Below are positions 1 through 8,296 of a stretch of 64,000 bases of DNA, piece after piece. Every line of letters begins with the position of its first letter. Position 1 is the stretch's first letter. Below the pieces are notes generated by a model. That model searched no databases and was not told where the DNA came from. It saw only the letters and a program-made list of their open reading frames with translations. The stretch is from NCBI GenBank assembly GCA_028705495.1, contig JAQWDK010000005.1, positions 28,809 through 92,808 on the forward strand, given 5' to 3'. Source of the stretch: Eubacteriales bacterium. GTDB taxonomy: Bacteria > Bacillota > Clostridia > Oscillospirales > CAG-382. The translations under genes were made by a program, and so were the position numbers.

Positions 1-2022
1 AAGGGTTGTAGAACAGGGCCAGTGCATGAGGGAGAAAAGCATTGTGTTAATTGCCGTCACCCAAGTCCAGCCATTGTCAATAAAAAGCTGTTTCATTTGA
101 AAGTTATCAAGCTCTAAAATACTGCCCTGCGCCATATATGCCATAATTATAATCGGCAGAACGATTTCATTTGCCGGGAATCCTAATATAAAAGCGATGA
201 GTATAACCCCATCAAGTCCCATCAGCTTTGCAAACGGGTCGAGAAACTCAGCACAGTGGCTTAGTATGCTCGCATCCCCCACGGTGATATTCGCTGCAAG
301 CCATATAATCAGCCCTGCGGGAGCTGCAACAGACGCTGCTCTGCCTAATACAAACAGCGTTCTATCAAAAATCGATCTGACAATAACTTTACCAAGCTGT
401 GGTTTACGGTATGGTGGAAGCTCTAAAGTAAATGAGGAAGGCACACCTTTCAGCAGCGTTTTTGACAGCAGCTTTGTCACTGCGAAGGTTGTAAGTATAC
501 CTAAAAGTATAATTGCTGTCAGAAATAACGCGGATTGCAGAGAGGAAAACAAACCTCCCGACGCACCAATAAAAAACATCGTTAGTATGGCGATAAGCGT
601 AGGAAAACGGCCGTTACAGGGAACAAAGTTGTTTGTGAGTATGGCAAGGAGCCGCTCACGTGGTGAGTCAATTATGCGGCAGCCGACAATTCCGGCGGCG
701 TTGCATCCAAATCCCATGCACATAGTCAGCGCCTGCTTCCCGCAGGCGTTACAGCGTTTGAAGGGTTTATCGAGGTTGTATGCCACTCGGGGTAAATAGC
801 CGGCATCCTCCAGCAGAGTAAACAGCGGAAAGAAAATCGCCATCGGTGGCAGCATGACTGAAACCACCCATGCAAGCACTCGGTATAACCCGAGCACAAG
901 GATTCCATGCAGCCAGTCGGGTGCATTTATATAATGGAAAAAGTCGCTCAACCTGTCCTGAACCCAAAATAAACCGCCTGCTATAAGCGACGATGGGTAG
1001 TTCGCACCCACAATCGTCAACCAAAAAATGAACGCAAGCAACAGAAGCATAATCGGATATCCGGTTAGCTTGCTTGTTAGGACTTTATCGATTTTTCGGT
1101 CTACACTGTCATACTTTTCTTTCTTATATAAAACAGCTCCCCTGCATACTTCTTCTGCAGTGGTTACTATTGAAGAAACAATAAGCTCTTCTAATTTTTG
1201 TTTATCTATTCCAGAATCCGAAAGGAGCTTTTCACCATCAGCCAAAGCTTTTTCTATCTCAGGGTTTTTGAGAAAATCGTCTCCTAAATATTTATTGATT
1301 TCTGTTATTAGGGATTCATCCCTGTCAAGGAGTTTTAAGCTAAGCCAGCGGCTGTTAAGCTTATCGCCTATGTATTTACTTACGGTTTTCTCCACAACCG
1401 AAATTGCGCTTTCAATCTCATCTGGATATTTAACAGCGAGAGGCGATACCCTGTCTTTTTGTTCTGACAAGCTGTCAAGGGTGTCTGTGAGCCGCTTTAA
1501 GCTGCGTTTACTGCGTGCAACAATTCCCACTACAGGAACACAAAGCCGCTTTGAGATTTTCTCTAAATCGATATGTATCTGTTTTCTCTTTGCTTCATCG
1601 AGTAGATTAACGCAGACAATTACATTCGGCGATATCTCTATCGCCTGTAAAACTAAGTTCAGGTTCCGTTCAAGACAAGTCGCATCACAGACAACGACAA
1701 CCGCATCAGGCTCCCCAAAGCATATAAAATTTCTGGCGACCTCTTCCTCAGCGGAATGCGCCATCAGCGAGTATGTACCCGGTATATCCACCATTACATA
1801 GGACTGCTTTTTCGTTTTGCAATAACCATGCGCATTACTGACGGTTTTGCCCGGCCAGTTGCCTGTATGCTGGTTCATTCCCGTCAATCCGTTAAAAACA
1901 GTGCTTTTGCCCACATTCGGATTTCCCGCCAAGGCGACTACTTTATCAGACTCCGATTGTTTTTTGATAATTAAACCGGAATCAACCGCCTTGATTCCGG
2001 TAGAACTACTCGTCAGACCCAT
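1..2022 (-). CDS. feoB: Ferrous iron transporter FeoB; C-terminus cut by the left window edge
   Basis: Absent from the ORF track because it is open at the edge. My minus-strand translation from ATG 2022..2020 reads MGLTSSSTGIKAVDSGLIIKKQSESDKVVALAGNPNVGKSTVFNGLTGMNQHTGNWPGKTV, which carries the FeoB G-domain P-loop GNPNVGKST. I checked codon by codon that bases 1-123 have no in-frame stop and assumed the rest of the frame is open. It lies 49 nt downstream of feoA with an AAAGGGA SD. Confidence 0.88.
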   Translation of the reverse strand, partial: MGLTSSSTGIKAVDSGLIIKKQSESDKVVALAGNPNVGKSTVFNGLTGMNQHTGNWPGKTVSNAHGYCKTKKQSYVMVDIPGTYSLMAHSAEEEVARNFICFGEPDAVVVVCDATCLERNLNLVLQAIEISPNVIVCVNLLDEAKRKQIHIDLEKISKRLCVPVVGIVARSKRSLKRLTDTLDSLSEQKDRVSPLAVKYPDEIESAISVVEKTVSKYIGDKLNSRWLSLKLLDRDESLITEINKYLGDDFLKNPEIEKALADGEKLLSDSGIDKQKLEELIVSSIVTTAEEVCRGAVLYKKEKYDSVDRKIDKVLTSKLTGYPIMLLLLAFIFWLTIVGANYPSSLIAGGLFWVQDRLSDFFHYINAPDWLHGILVLGLYRVLAWVVSVMLPPMAIFFPLFTLLEDAGYLPRVAYNLDKPFKRCNACGKQALTMCMGFGCNAAGIVGCRIIDSPRERLLAILTNNFVPCNGRFPTLIAILTMFFIGASGGLFSSLQSALFLTAIILLGILTTFAVTKLLSKTLLKGVPSSFTLELPPYRKPQLGKVIVRSIFDRTLFVLGRAASVAAPAGLIIWLAANITVGDASILSHCAEFLDPFAKLMGLDGVILIAFILGFPANEIVLPIIIMAYMAQGSILELDNFQMKQLFIDNGWTWVTAINTMLFSLMHWPCSTTL

Positions 2023-2071
2023 ATTACAACCGTCCCTTTCTTGCAAACTTTGAGATTGAAAGATTTACCTT

Positions 2072-2308
2072 TCAATTTGTGGCAATGATTATATTATTGC
2101 AGTCCTCTGAACGGATGGCGATAACCGCTCCTCTTATCAAGTATGCTGACGGGTCCCCTCCTGCGCTTCTTCCTACGCACTCAACCTCTGTGTTCTTTAT
2201 AAGACCTATATCAAGAAGTCTGCGGCGCATGGTTCCTGTTGAATTCAGCGACTCTACAACAGCGCGCTCTCCGGGCTTTATACTGTTTAATGTATTTAAC
2301 TGTCTCAT
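2072..2308 (-). CDS. feoA: FeoA family iron transport protein
   Basis: 78 aa with an SH3-like FeoA pattern (LNSIKPGERAVVESL...RRRLLDIGLIKNTEVEC...GDP..YLIRGAVIAIR). It sits directly upstream of feoB. Confidence 0.85.
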   Translation of the reverse strand: MRQLNTLNSIKPGERAVVESLNSTGTMRRRLLDIGLIKNTEVECVGRSAGGDPSAYLIRGAVIAIRSEDCNNIIIATN

Positions 2309-2401
2309 TGCTTTACCTTACTTATTTTTAATATGAATTTTGTCTTATTCTATATTATGCTGAAATGTCAGTAGAGGACTTTAAAAACCGTAAAAAAGGT
2401 C

Positions 2402-2428
2402 AAAAAAAGGCGGAGCAAAAACTCCGCC
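2402..2428 (-). terminator. Intrinsic terminator after the lipoprotein gene 2446..3267
   Basis: Minus strand reads GGCGGAG-TTTTTG-CTCCGCC followed by T7 (plus-strand A run 2402..2408). Confidence 0.7.
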
Positions 2429-2445
2429 GCTTTGATTATTATCTT

Positions 2446-3267
2446 TTAGTCCGCCGCTGTAAGTACAATGCTTTTAGCTATCAGTTCAAGTGCTTCTGTT
2501 GACAGCAGGTCCTGTTCCACACTCATTCCGACGTATTTTAACACATCTTTGTTATATGAGAGAACGGCATCAAGGCTCATAACATATGTGAGTCCGTCTT
2601 CGCTCTTAGTTAAATTCGGATAATAAGCAAGCAAATCTTCATCGTCATCGGTAACATTCCACCACCCCAAGACATTCGTTACCGCCGCTGCACTTTTTCC
2701 GTCATTGCTTATTTCTCGGTATTCATCAAGCCATCTGATGTGCCCCATTTTTATATAGGTATATATCATAGTATAATTATCGCCGTATTCTAAAGAAAAT
2801 ATTGAATCATAAATGTCGGCGACTTTCTTATCACCAACGAATGCTTCTACTTTACGGCAATAACCTTCACCAAAATCTGCGTTCAAACTATCGTTCTTTG
2901 CTTTAAGCGTCCAATTTTCAGGTACAACCATATCAACATTGATAGGATTATAGTCCATAAATGTAATTCTAACACTCTTGTACCCATCGGGTGCTTCATC
3001 ATTAGTTTCCGTTACAACTGTTGGTACAACTTCCGGTGGTACAAATGTAGACTCCTCGCTGGTTTGGTCGGAAGACTCTAAAACACTTTCGATTTCAGAA
3101 ATAGTACTGCTTTCCTCACTACTTTCATTTTTGCTAATCTGCGCTCCCTGTCCTGAGCTTGAAGTATTTGCGGGGTCTGTATTACAAGCGCTAATGGTAA
3201 CAGTAATTAAAAGAATTGCGACAAAAAAACATAGGATTTTCTTTGCTGAGTTTTTTGCGTTTTGCAT
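2446..3267 (-). CDS. Lipoprotein of unknown function (tandem paralogue 2)
   Basis: Signal peptide with lipobox (LLITVTISAC|N), then a Ser/Glu-rich linker. The C-terminal domain is shared with 3306..4124 (APDGYKSVRITFMD, LDAVLSYNKDV, IAKSIV.TAA). SD is AGGAGA. Confidence 0.75.
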   Translation of the reverse strand: MQNAKNSAKKILCFFVAILLITVTISACNTDPANTSSSGQGAQISKNESSEESSTISEIESVLESSDQTSEESTFVPPEVVPTVVTETNDEAPDGYKSVRITFMDYNPINVDMVVPENWTLKAKNDSLNADFGEGYCRKVEAFVGDKKVADIYDSIFSLEYGDNYTMIYTYIKMGHIRWLDEYREISNDGKSAAAVTNVLGWWNVTDDDEDLLAYYPNLTKSEDGLTYVMSLDAVLSYNKDVLKYVGMSVEQDLLSTEALELIAKSIVLTAAD

Positions 3268-3285
3268 AATTGATTTTCTCCTAAT
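3132..3285. repeat. Near-identical direct repeat, copy 1 (5' end plus SD of the lipoprotein gene)
   Basis: About 150 nt aligns with 3989..4142. The core (gctccctgtcctg.gcttgaagtatttgcggggtctgtattacaagcgctaatggtaac.gtaattaaaagaattgcgacaaaaaaacataggattttctttgctgagttttttgcgttttgcata) differs at only 2 positions. Confidence 0.9.
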
Positions 3286-3305
3286 ATTATTATTTGAAAA
3301 ATTTT

Positions 3306-4124
3306 TTATTCAGCAGCAGTGATAACTATGCTTTTTGCTATAATTTCGAGTTGTTCTTCTGAAATTTTATCTCTTTCTAAACTAAAACCAACAAATTTTT
3401 GTACATCTTTATTATATGACAAAACAGCGTCAAGTCTTAGTTGATAATAACCATTTTCGTCCGGTGAAACACCTGATAAACCGTCACTCGCCGAGGGAGG
3501 CCACCAGGAATATATGGTAGATATAGCCGCTGCACTTTTATCGTCTTTTCTAACTTCACGATAATCCTCAAGCCAATCTACATGAATACCTCTTATGTAA
3601 CGGTATATACCCAGATAATCATCATCAGGTGTTGTAAAAACAGCATCATACCCTCCTCCGAGTATATTACCGTCGGAGTAAATGCTGATTGGATTGCAAA
3701 ATCCACCGCCAAAATCTACTACCTCGTCATTATCAACTTCGATTGTCCAACTTACGGGGACGACCATATCTACATGAACAGGGTTTTCGTCCATAAATGT
3801 AATTCTAACGCTTTTATATCCATCGGGGGCTTCGTTGCTTGTTTCTGTTACAACGGTAGGAGCAATTTTAGGCGGCACAAACGGGGTCATAGAACTTGTT
3901 TGCTCCGAATACTCATAAATGCTTTCATAAAACGAAGAAGAATCGTTATCATAGCTTAAATACGAGTAATACAAACCACTGTTGGTCATGCTAATCAACG
4001 CTCCCTGTCCTGCGCTTGAAGTATTTGCGGGGTCTGTATTACAAGCGCTAATGGTAACGGTAATTAAAAGAATTGCGACAAAAAAACATAGGATTTTCTT
4101 TGCTGAGTTTTTTGCGTTTTGCAT
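3306..4124 (-). CDS. Lipoprotein of unknown function (tandem paralogue 1)
   Basis: I place the start at the internal ATG 4124 (MQNAKNSAKKILCFFVAILLITVTISAC|N). It has an AGGAGG SD and an N-terminus identical to 2446..3267. The upstream part of the track ORF (to 4178) lacks an SD. Confidence 0.75.
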   Translation of the reverse strand: MQNAKNSAKKILCFFVAILLITVTISACNTDPANTSSAGQGALISMTNSGLYYSYLSYDNDSSSFYESIYEYSEQTSSMTPFVPPKIAPTVVTETSNEAPDGYKSVRITFMDENPVHVDMVVPVSWTIEVDNDEVVDFGGGFCNPISIYSDGNILGGGYDAVFTTPDDDYLGIYRYIRGIHVDWLEDYREVRKDDKSAAAISTIYSWWPPSASDGLSGVSPDENGYYQLRLDAVLSYNKDVQKFVGFSLERDKISEEQLEIIAKSIVITAAE

Positions 4125-4142
4125 AAAAGATTTCCTCCTAAT
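3989..4142. repeat. Near-identical direct repeat, copy 2
   Basis: See 3132..3285; the copies are 857 nt apart. Confidence 0.9.
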
Positions 4143-4257
4143 AATATTGTTGGAAAGAGTTTCGAAACATGACCGCAAAAAGCAAATATCATCTCCTTAA
4201 TTGTTTTATATCTCACTATGAATGAATATATTTTTTCCTTAATATTCCTCAATAATT

Positions 4258-4286
4258 AGTCTATAACAATTAAAATAAGATGTCAA
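4258..4286 (-). promoter_or_regulatory. Candidate sigma-A promoter for the tandem lipoprotein genes
   Basis: Minus strand TTGACA (4286..4281), 17 nt spacer, TAGACT (4263..4258). An alternative reading is TATAGA with a 15-nt spacer. Confidence 0.4.
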
Positions 4287-4306
4287 TTAAAATTATATTT
4301 ATTTAC

Positions 4307-4322
4307 ATATATATATATATAT
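4307..4322. repeat. (AT)8 dinucleotide microsatellite
   Basis: atatatatatatatat read directly from the sequence. It lies 20 nt upstream of the candidate -35 of the lipoprotein promoter. Confidence 0.95.
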
Positions 4323-4363
4323 TAACATATCATAAATTGTAATAAAATATAAGGCTACTGAAA

Positions 4364-5674
4364 TTACCTGCTCTCCCTGTCTGGTGCTTGAGTTGGCTTT
4401 CTACTTTTATTTAGTAATATAATTCCTACAGTGATATATACGCCAAAATTAAAGAATGAATGATCTAAGCTATAATTTATAATGTATCCGATTGATAACA
4501 GATTCCTCAACCTCATTAAATAATAATCTGCCGGTAATAGAGCTGCTAAAATACTGAGCCATACTGCCGGCTTTTCATTTTCTTTTCTTTCGAGGTATAG
4601 AAAAATCAACGCAAAAGAGGGTAAAATTATTTTGAAATAGATAAATATATTATTTGTAGCAAACGGTAAAATCGCACCTGCTAAAATCAAGAGTCCTATT
4701 ATAATATTTGAATAAAATAAAAAGTTAAATCCTTTAGCTTCTTTTTTCGTCTCAGGGCGATACTTTCTTGCCATTATCAATGAAATAATTAACAGACCAC
4801 AAGCAATAATAATATCACTTATAATATTAAAAATGTAGATGTCATATGCAGTAAAAACAACATCGCTGTTATTTTTAAGCTCTATTAAAAGTATTATTAA
4901 AACATCAACGACTAACAAAAATGAGCCGCTAATAATCATCAGCCTTGCGCAAGCTCCCATTGCCGGTATAACTTTTGTTGGCTTTCTGAAAGGTTTTTCA
5001 AACTCTTTTGTTTTATCTCTTTTTAAAATAAGAAGTACACCGTAAATTAAAAGAGCAATCCAGCTCAATATAACATCTCTTTCATTAATCAAGTGTACCA
5101 ATAAACTTGGAATCTCAAATTTATCCATTAATATGTAATACGAACTTTGCAAACCACGATCAATAATAAAAGCAAAAAGAACAACAGCAGAAATAAAATA
5201 AAGTTTATGGTCATACTCCGCTATATATGTAGAAGTTATGGTTGCAAAAAATACAGTTAATAATAATACAATCGTTGGATGAGGGTATATCATAGCGTAT
5301 ATGCTCCCAGCAACAAGAAATGATGCACATGCAGGAATAACTTTTATAAATCTTTTTTCTTTCTGTTTATAAATTATTCCTAAAACAACAGCAGCAATCA
5401 AACATACAAGAGCAATAATATAATGTATATTAAAGAAGCCTAACAAATTATTTAATGCATAAAAGACCCTAATTATAATATTACTTTCTGAATTCGGGTT
5501 GTATATACTTGCGTAGAAATAGGCACCGACAATATTCAACAGTACTGCGAATATGCTTACAATGATAAAATAAATTCCGAGATATTTGCGGGATATAACC
5601 TGGTCGTTGGCTGTTTCAGCTTGTTTTTCTACAAATTCATTGTCTATTTGGTATTCGCTGCGGTTAGTGTCCAC
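4364..5674 (-). CDS. Polytopic membrane protein, unknown family (paralogue of 52306..53460)
   Basis: 436 aa with about 10-12 hydrophobic segments. GTG start with an AAGGGGG SD. Shared blocks with 52306..53460: KYL.IYFI.V....A.LNI, YG.L.LIKR, ARL.IISG.FL, ARKYRPET/ARYRPET, LPS.A..F.YLER. Confidence 0.75.
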   Translation of the reverse strand: MDTNRSEYQIDNEFVEKQAETANDQVISRKYLGIYFIIVSIFAVLLNIVGAYFYASIYNPNSESNIIIRVFYALNNLLGFFNIHYIIALVCLIAAVVLGIIYKQKEKRFIKVIPACASFLVAGSIYAMIYPHPTIVLLLTVFFATITSTYIAEYDHKLYFISAVVLFAFIIDRGLQSSYYILMDKFEIPSLLVHLINERDVILSWIALLIYGVLLILKRDKTKEFEKPFRKPTKVIPAMGACARLMIISGSFLLVVDVLIILLIELKNNSDVVFTAYDIYIFNIISDIIIACGLLIISLIMARKYRPETKKEAKGFNFLFYSNIIIGLLILAGAILPFATNNIFIYFKIILPSFALIFLYLERKENEKPAVWLSILAALLPADYYLMRLRNLLSIGYIINYSLDHSFFNFGVYITVGIILLNKSRKPTQAPDRESR

Positions 5675-5763
5675 TGTTTTTCCCCCTTAGATTAATCATT
5701 GTATAACTATACTATCATATATTTAACATATATACAACACTTATGTGGATATATTTGGGAATC

Positions 5764-5785
5764 AAAAGGAGCTGTTACCAGCTCC
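5764..5785 (-). terminator. Intrinsic terminator ending the 14.8-5.8 kb gene string
   Basis: Minus strand GGAGCTG-GTAA-CAGCTCC followed by TTTTGATT. Confidence 0.65.
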
Positions 5786-5801
5786 AGTTTTCAATTATTA
5801 T

Positions 5802-7004
5802 TTATCTTGTACTAGTTTTTCTTGTTCTTAGTATGATTACCGATGAAGCCACAGCAAAGACTAAGATTAAGACATAAAGCAAAGAATTTTCTCCTGTCTC
5901 CGGTGTTTCAGTTTTTTTACTTTCATCAGTTTTACTACCCTCTTCCGGTTCTTCACTCTCAGTCGGTTCTACGCTTTCTTCAGGTTTGTCAAGTTCGGTC
6001 ATGAAGGTTTCACCACCCACATAAACACCGAGTTTTACACCATCAGCACCCGCACCGTCATATGTGAAATTACTGATATGAGCACGCAGACTAAAGCCCT
6101 CATCACCCACATTGTTTGCAAGTTCGGCAACATTAATTCTAATCCAAATATTGCTGTCTCCAAGCTCAGGTCTAACACGTATATTTGTACCGCTACCGCC
6201 CATTAAGAAGGTGTCTGTATCACGAATATACAGATATGGCCAGTTATTGGCGCTGACATTTGACACATTATAATAAAGGTATGTGTTATCTTTTGTCATC
6301 TCCGGTATAATCTTTAATATATACGACTCTTGAAGCAGCGTTGTCGGTTTAAGATTAATTTTTGCACCGAATTCATCTGTTACCTTACTTAAATTAGCAT
6401 TGCCTTGCAGTTCCGGAGTCATCATATCTATCGCTGTCACAAGAACATTTCTGTCTTCTTTTGTATCAATTTCGGCTCCGCCAAGCCAGATTGAATCAAA
6501 ACTAAGCTTCGCATTCGTCAATTCGGTTCCATCAACAAAAACAAGTAAGTAAAGATACTTTCCTGTTGACGACCATTTTCCTGCATCGGATAAAATCGAC
6601 TTGTAATCGATTTTTATAACATCCTCCGACACAGTTGCTGCTGAGTTGTAAACAATTGTGTCAGCGTATGTGTAGCCGTCAAGCGAATCGGAAAAAGCAG
6701 CCTTTACTTCGAAGCGTGCATTGCTCTCAACGCCATAAAGGTATAAAAATCCGAGTGAATCGTAATTCTTCTCCTTTAGATTACTTGCTGCCATCGAAAA
6801 GGTTAATTGACCGTTTGCATTAGCTGAAAACTCATATCCACCGTTAGGTGACATGTTCAGATTTCCCCCTAAAACAAATGGTTCGTAGGGATAAACTTTA
6901 TAACCTTTGCTTGGCTCAGCTGAAACAGTAACACTGAGACTTAGAACGAGAATTGCGCATAGTACAAAGTGCAAAATAAGCCGTTTGCTTTTTGTTTTTA
7001 ACAT
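5802..7004 (-). CDS. Secreted, C-terminally membrane-anchored surface protein, unknown family (paralogue A)
   Basis: SPase-I signal (VTVSA|EPSK). Acidic linker EESVEPTESEEPEEGSKTDESKKTETPETG, then a TM helix and a basic tail (RTRKTSTR). Paralogous to 7022..8257. Confidence 0.75.
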   Translation of the reverse strand: MLKTKSKRLILHFVLCAILVLSLSVTVSAEPSKGYKVYPYEPFVLGGNLNMSPNGGYEFSANANGQLTFSMAASNLKEKNYDSLGFLYLYGVESNARFEVKAAFSDSLDGYTYADTIVYNSAATVSEDVIKIDYKSILSDAGKWSSTGKYLYLLVFVDGTELTNAKLSFDSIWLGGAEIDTKEDRNVLVTAIDMMTPELQGNANLSKVTDEFGAKINLKPTTLLQESYILKIIPEMTKDNTYLYYNVSNVSANNWPYLYIRDTDTFLMGGSGTNIRVRPELGDSNIWIRINVAELANNVGDEGFSLRAHISNFTYDGAGADGVKLGVYVGGETFMTELDKPEESVEPTESEEPEEGSKTDESKKTETPETGENSLLYVLILVFAVASSVIILRTRKTSTR

Positions 7005-7021
7005 GACTAATTCTCCTTTTT

Positions 7022-8257
7022 TTATTTTAAGCGTTTTCTTCTGTTAATGCTGAAAATTGTCACCGCTCCGATTAATATAACCGCACCGACTATGTACCAG
7101 ATAGTATAGTTGTCATTATTCGGAGATTCTGAGTTATCAGAGCTTTGTGACATCGATGCATCTGCTGATACTGTTTCGGATACAGTGCTTTCTTGCTGCT
7201 CTACACTCTCCGCTTTACTTTCTTCTGTTTCTGCTGGTACCGACACATCTGGGAACTCAGAAGTGCGTTCATCAAATTTCTCACTGCCCAAGTACACACC
7301 GCCAATTTTAAGTGGAGTTTGTGATGCACCCTCAGGTGTTTCAAAAACAATCTTAACACCTAAATCACCGCTTGTATCTTTGAAGGTGTCAGAAACATTT
7401 CTGAGATCAACCCTAACCCATACACCGCTGTCGCCCATTTCGGGACGAACACGGATAACTTTCGGGAACATTCCCATAACTTCGCTCTCTTTATCGTAAA
7501 TATAGATATAAGGCCAGTTATTTAGCGGGATACCGGCGAAATTTATATAAAGATACGGTGTGTCAGGTGAGTACTGGATGCCACTCTTTAGACAAAATGC
7601 AGAAGCGCTGAAGTCTTCCTTCTTCATCAAAAATGAATCATCAGCTTTTTTCTCAAGCGTCAGATTATTTACTGTGTTATCTTCAAGCATATCAATCTTA
7701 ACGGGTTCTATAAATGTGTCATCTAAGCTGATTTCCTTCGGACCTAAGCGAATCGAATCGAACACTGTAAAACTATCCGCATCACCCTTATGCTGTGCAT
7801 AAACGCAGATAAACAGCATGTTCCCGTCAGGGTTCCACTTCTCCTCTTTTTCAAGTGCTTCTTTGAGATCGATTGATATTATCTCCTCATCAACCGTTTC
7901 CGCAGAGGTGTAAATAACTGTCTGTGGGAGAAAATAGCCGTCAAGGGTGTTGTGAAAGTCAACCTGGATTTTGAAAACCATATTGCTTTTGGGAGCGACA
8001 AGATGAAGGTAGCTGTTCGCCTCGTAGTCAAAATTTGTCATATTGGTTGCAGCCATAACATAGGTTAAATCAGCTCCACCATTAGCGGTGAATTTATAGC
8101 CGCCGTTAGGTGTCATTTCTGCCAAGCCTTGTGCTATGTAGGGGTCGAAGGGGTAAATCTTGAACCCTTTATTGTAAGACTCCGCTGAGACGGGGATAAA
8201 TTGAAATGTAGATAAAAGTAGCAAAGAACATAAAAGCAGTGATAGAGTTCGCTTCAT
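7022..8257 (-). CDS. Secreted, C-terminally membrane-anchored surface protein, unknown family (paralogue B)
   Basis: Signal peptide (IPVSA|ESYN), an acidic/Ser-rich linker, and a TM helix plus RRKRLK tail. Shares GYK.YP..P, M.PNGGY.F.ANG...LT..MAA.N, NNWPY.YI.D and IRVRPE.GDS..W.R with 5802..7004. Confidence 0.75.
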   Translation of the reverse strand: MKRTLSLLLCSLLLLSTFQFIPVSAESYNKGFKIYPFDPYIAQGLAEMTPNGGYKFTANGGADLTYVMAATNMTNFDYEANSYLHLVAPKSNMVFKIQVDFHNTLDGYFLPQTVIYTSAETVDEEIISIDLKEALEKEEKWNPDGNMLFICVYAQHKGDADSFTVFDSIRLGPKEISLDDTFIEPVKIDMLEDNTVNNLTLEKKADDSFLMKKEDFSASAFCLKSGIQYSPDTPYLYINFAGIPLNNWPYIYIYDKESEVMGMFPKVIRVRPEMGDSGVWVRVDLRNVSDTFKDTSGDLGVKIVFETPEGASQTPLKIGGVYLGSEKFDERTSEFPDVSVPAETEESKAESVEQQESTVSETVSADASMSQSSDNSESPNNDNYTIWYIVGAVILIGAVTIFSINRRKRLK

Positions 8258-8296
8258 AAAAGAAATCTTCCTCTCTGCCGCATATAGCGGCTAACG

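Noticed and set aside
1028-1801. Long antisense ORFs in the track, for example 1028..1801(+), 17874..18491(+), 22521..23189(-), 32332..32874(-), 46220..46903(+), 48473..49015(+) and 61150..61902(-).
   Set aside because: Each lies wholly opposite a confidently identified gene (feoB, the oxidoreductase, the lipoprotein, hflK, relA, recJ, secA). They have low-complexity Ser/Leu/Cys-rich translations and no SD, so they are shadow ORFs.
2309-2400. Fur-box search upstream of feoAB, and a similar check in the ferritin promoter spacer at 15480..15496.
   Set aside because: There are only partial AT-rich resemblances (about 9 of 14 positions to the 7-1-7 TGATAAT-N-ATTATCA consensus). In DNA this AT-rich that is not distinguishable from chance.
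5802-5930. TPETG before the C-terminal TM helix and basic tail of 5802..7004, as a possible sortase (LPXTG-like) sorting signal.
   Set aside because: The first position is not L, S or P as in known motifs. The paralogue 7022..8257 has the same anchor architecture without any xPxTG. No sortase gene is in the window. A simple TM anchor is the more economical reading.
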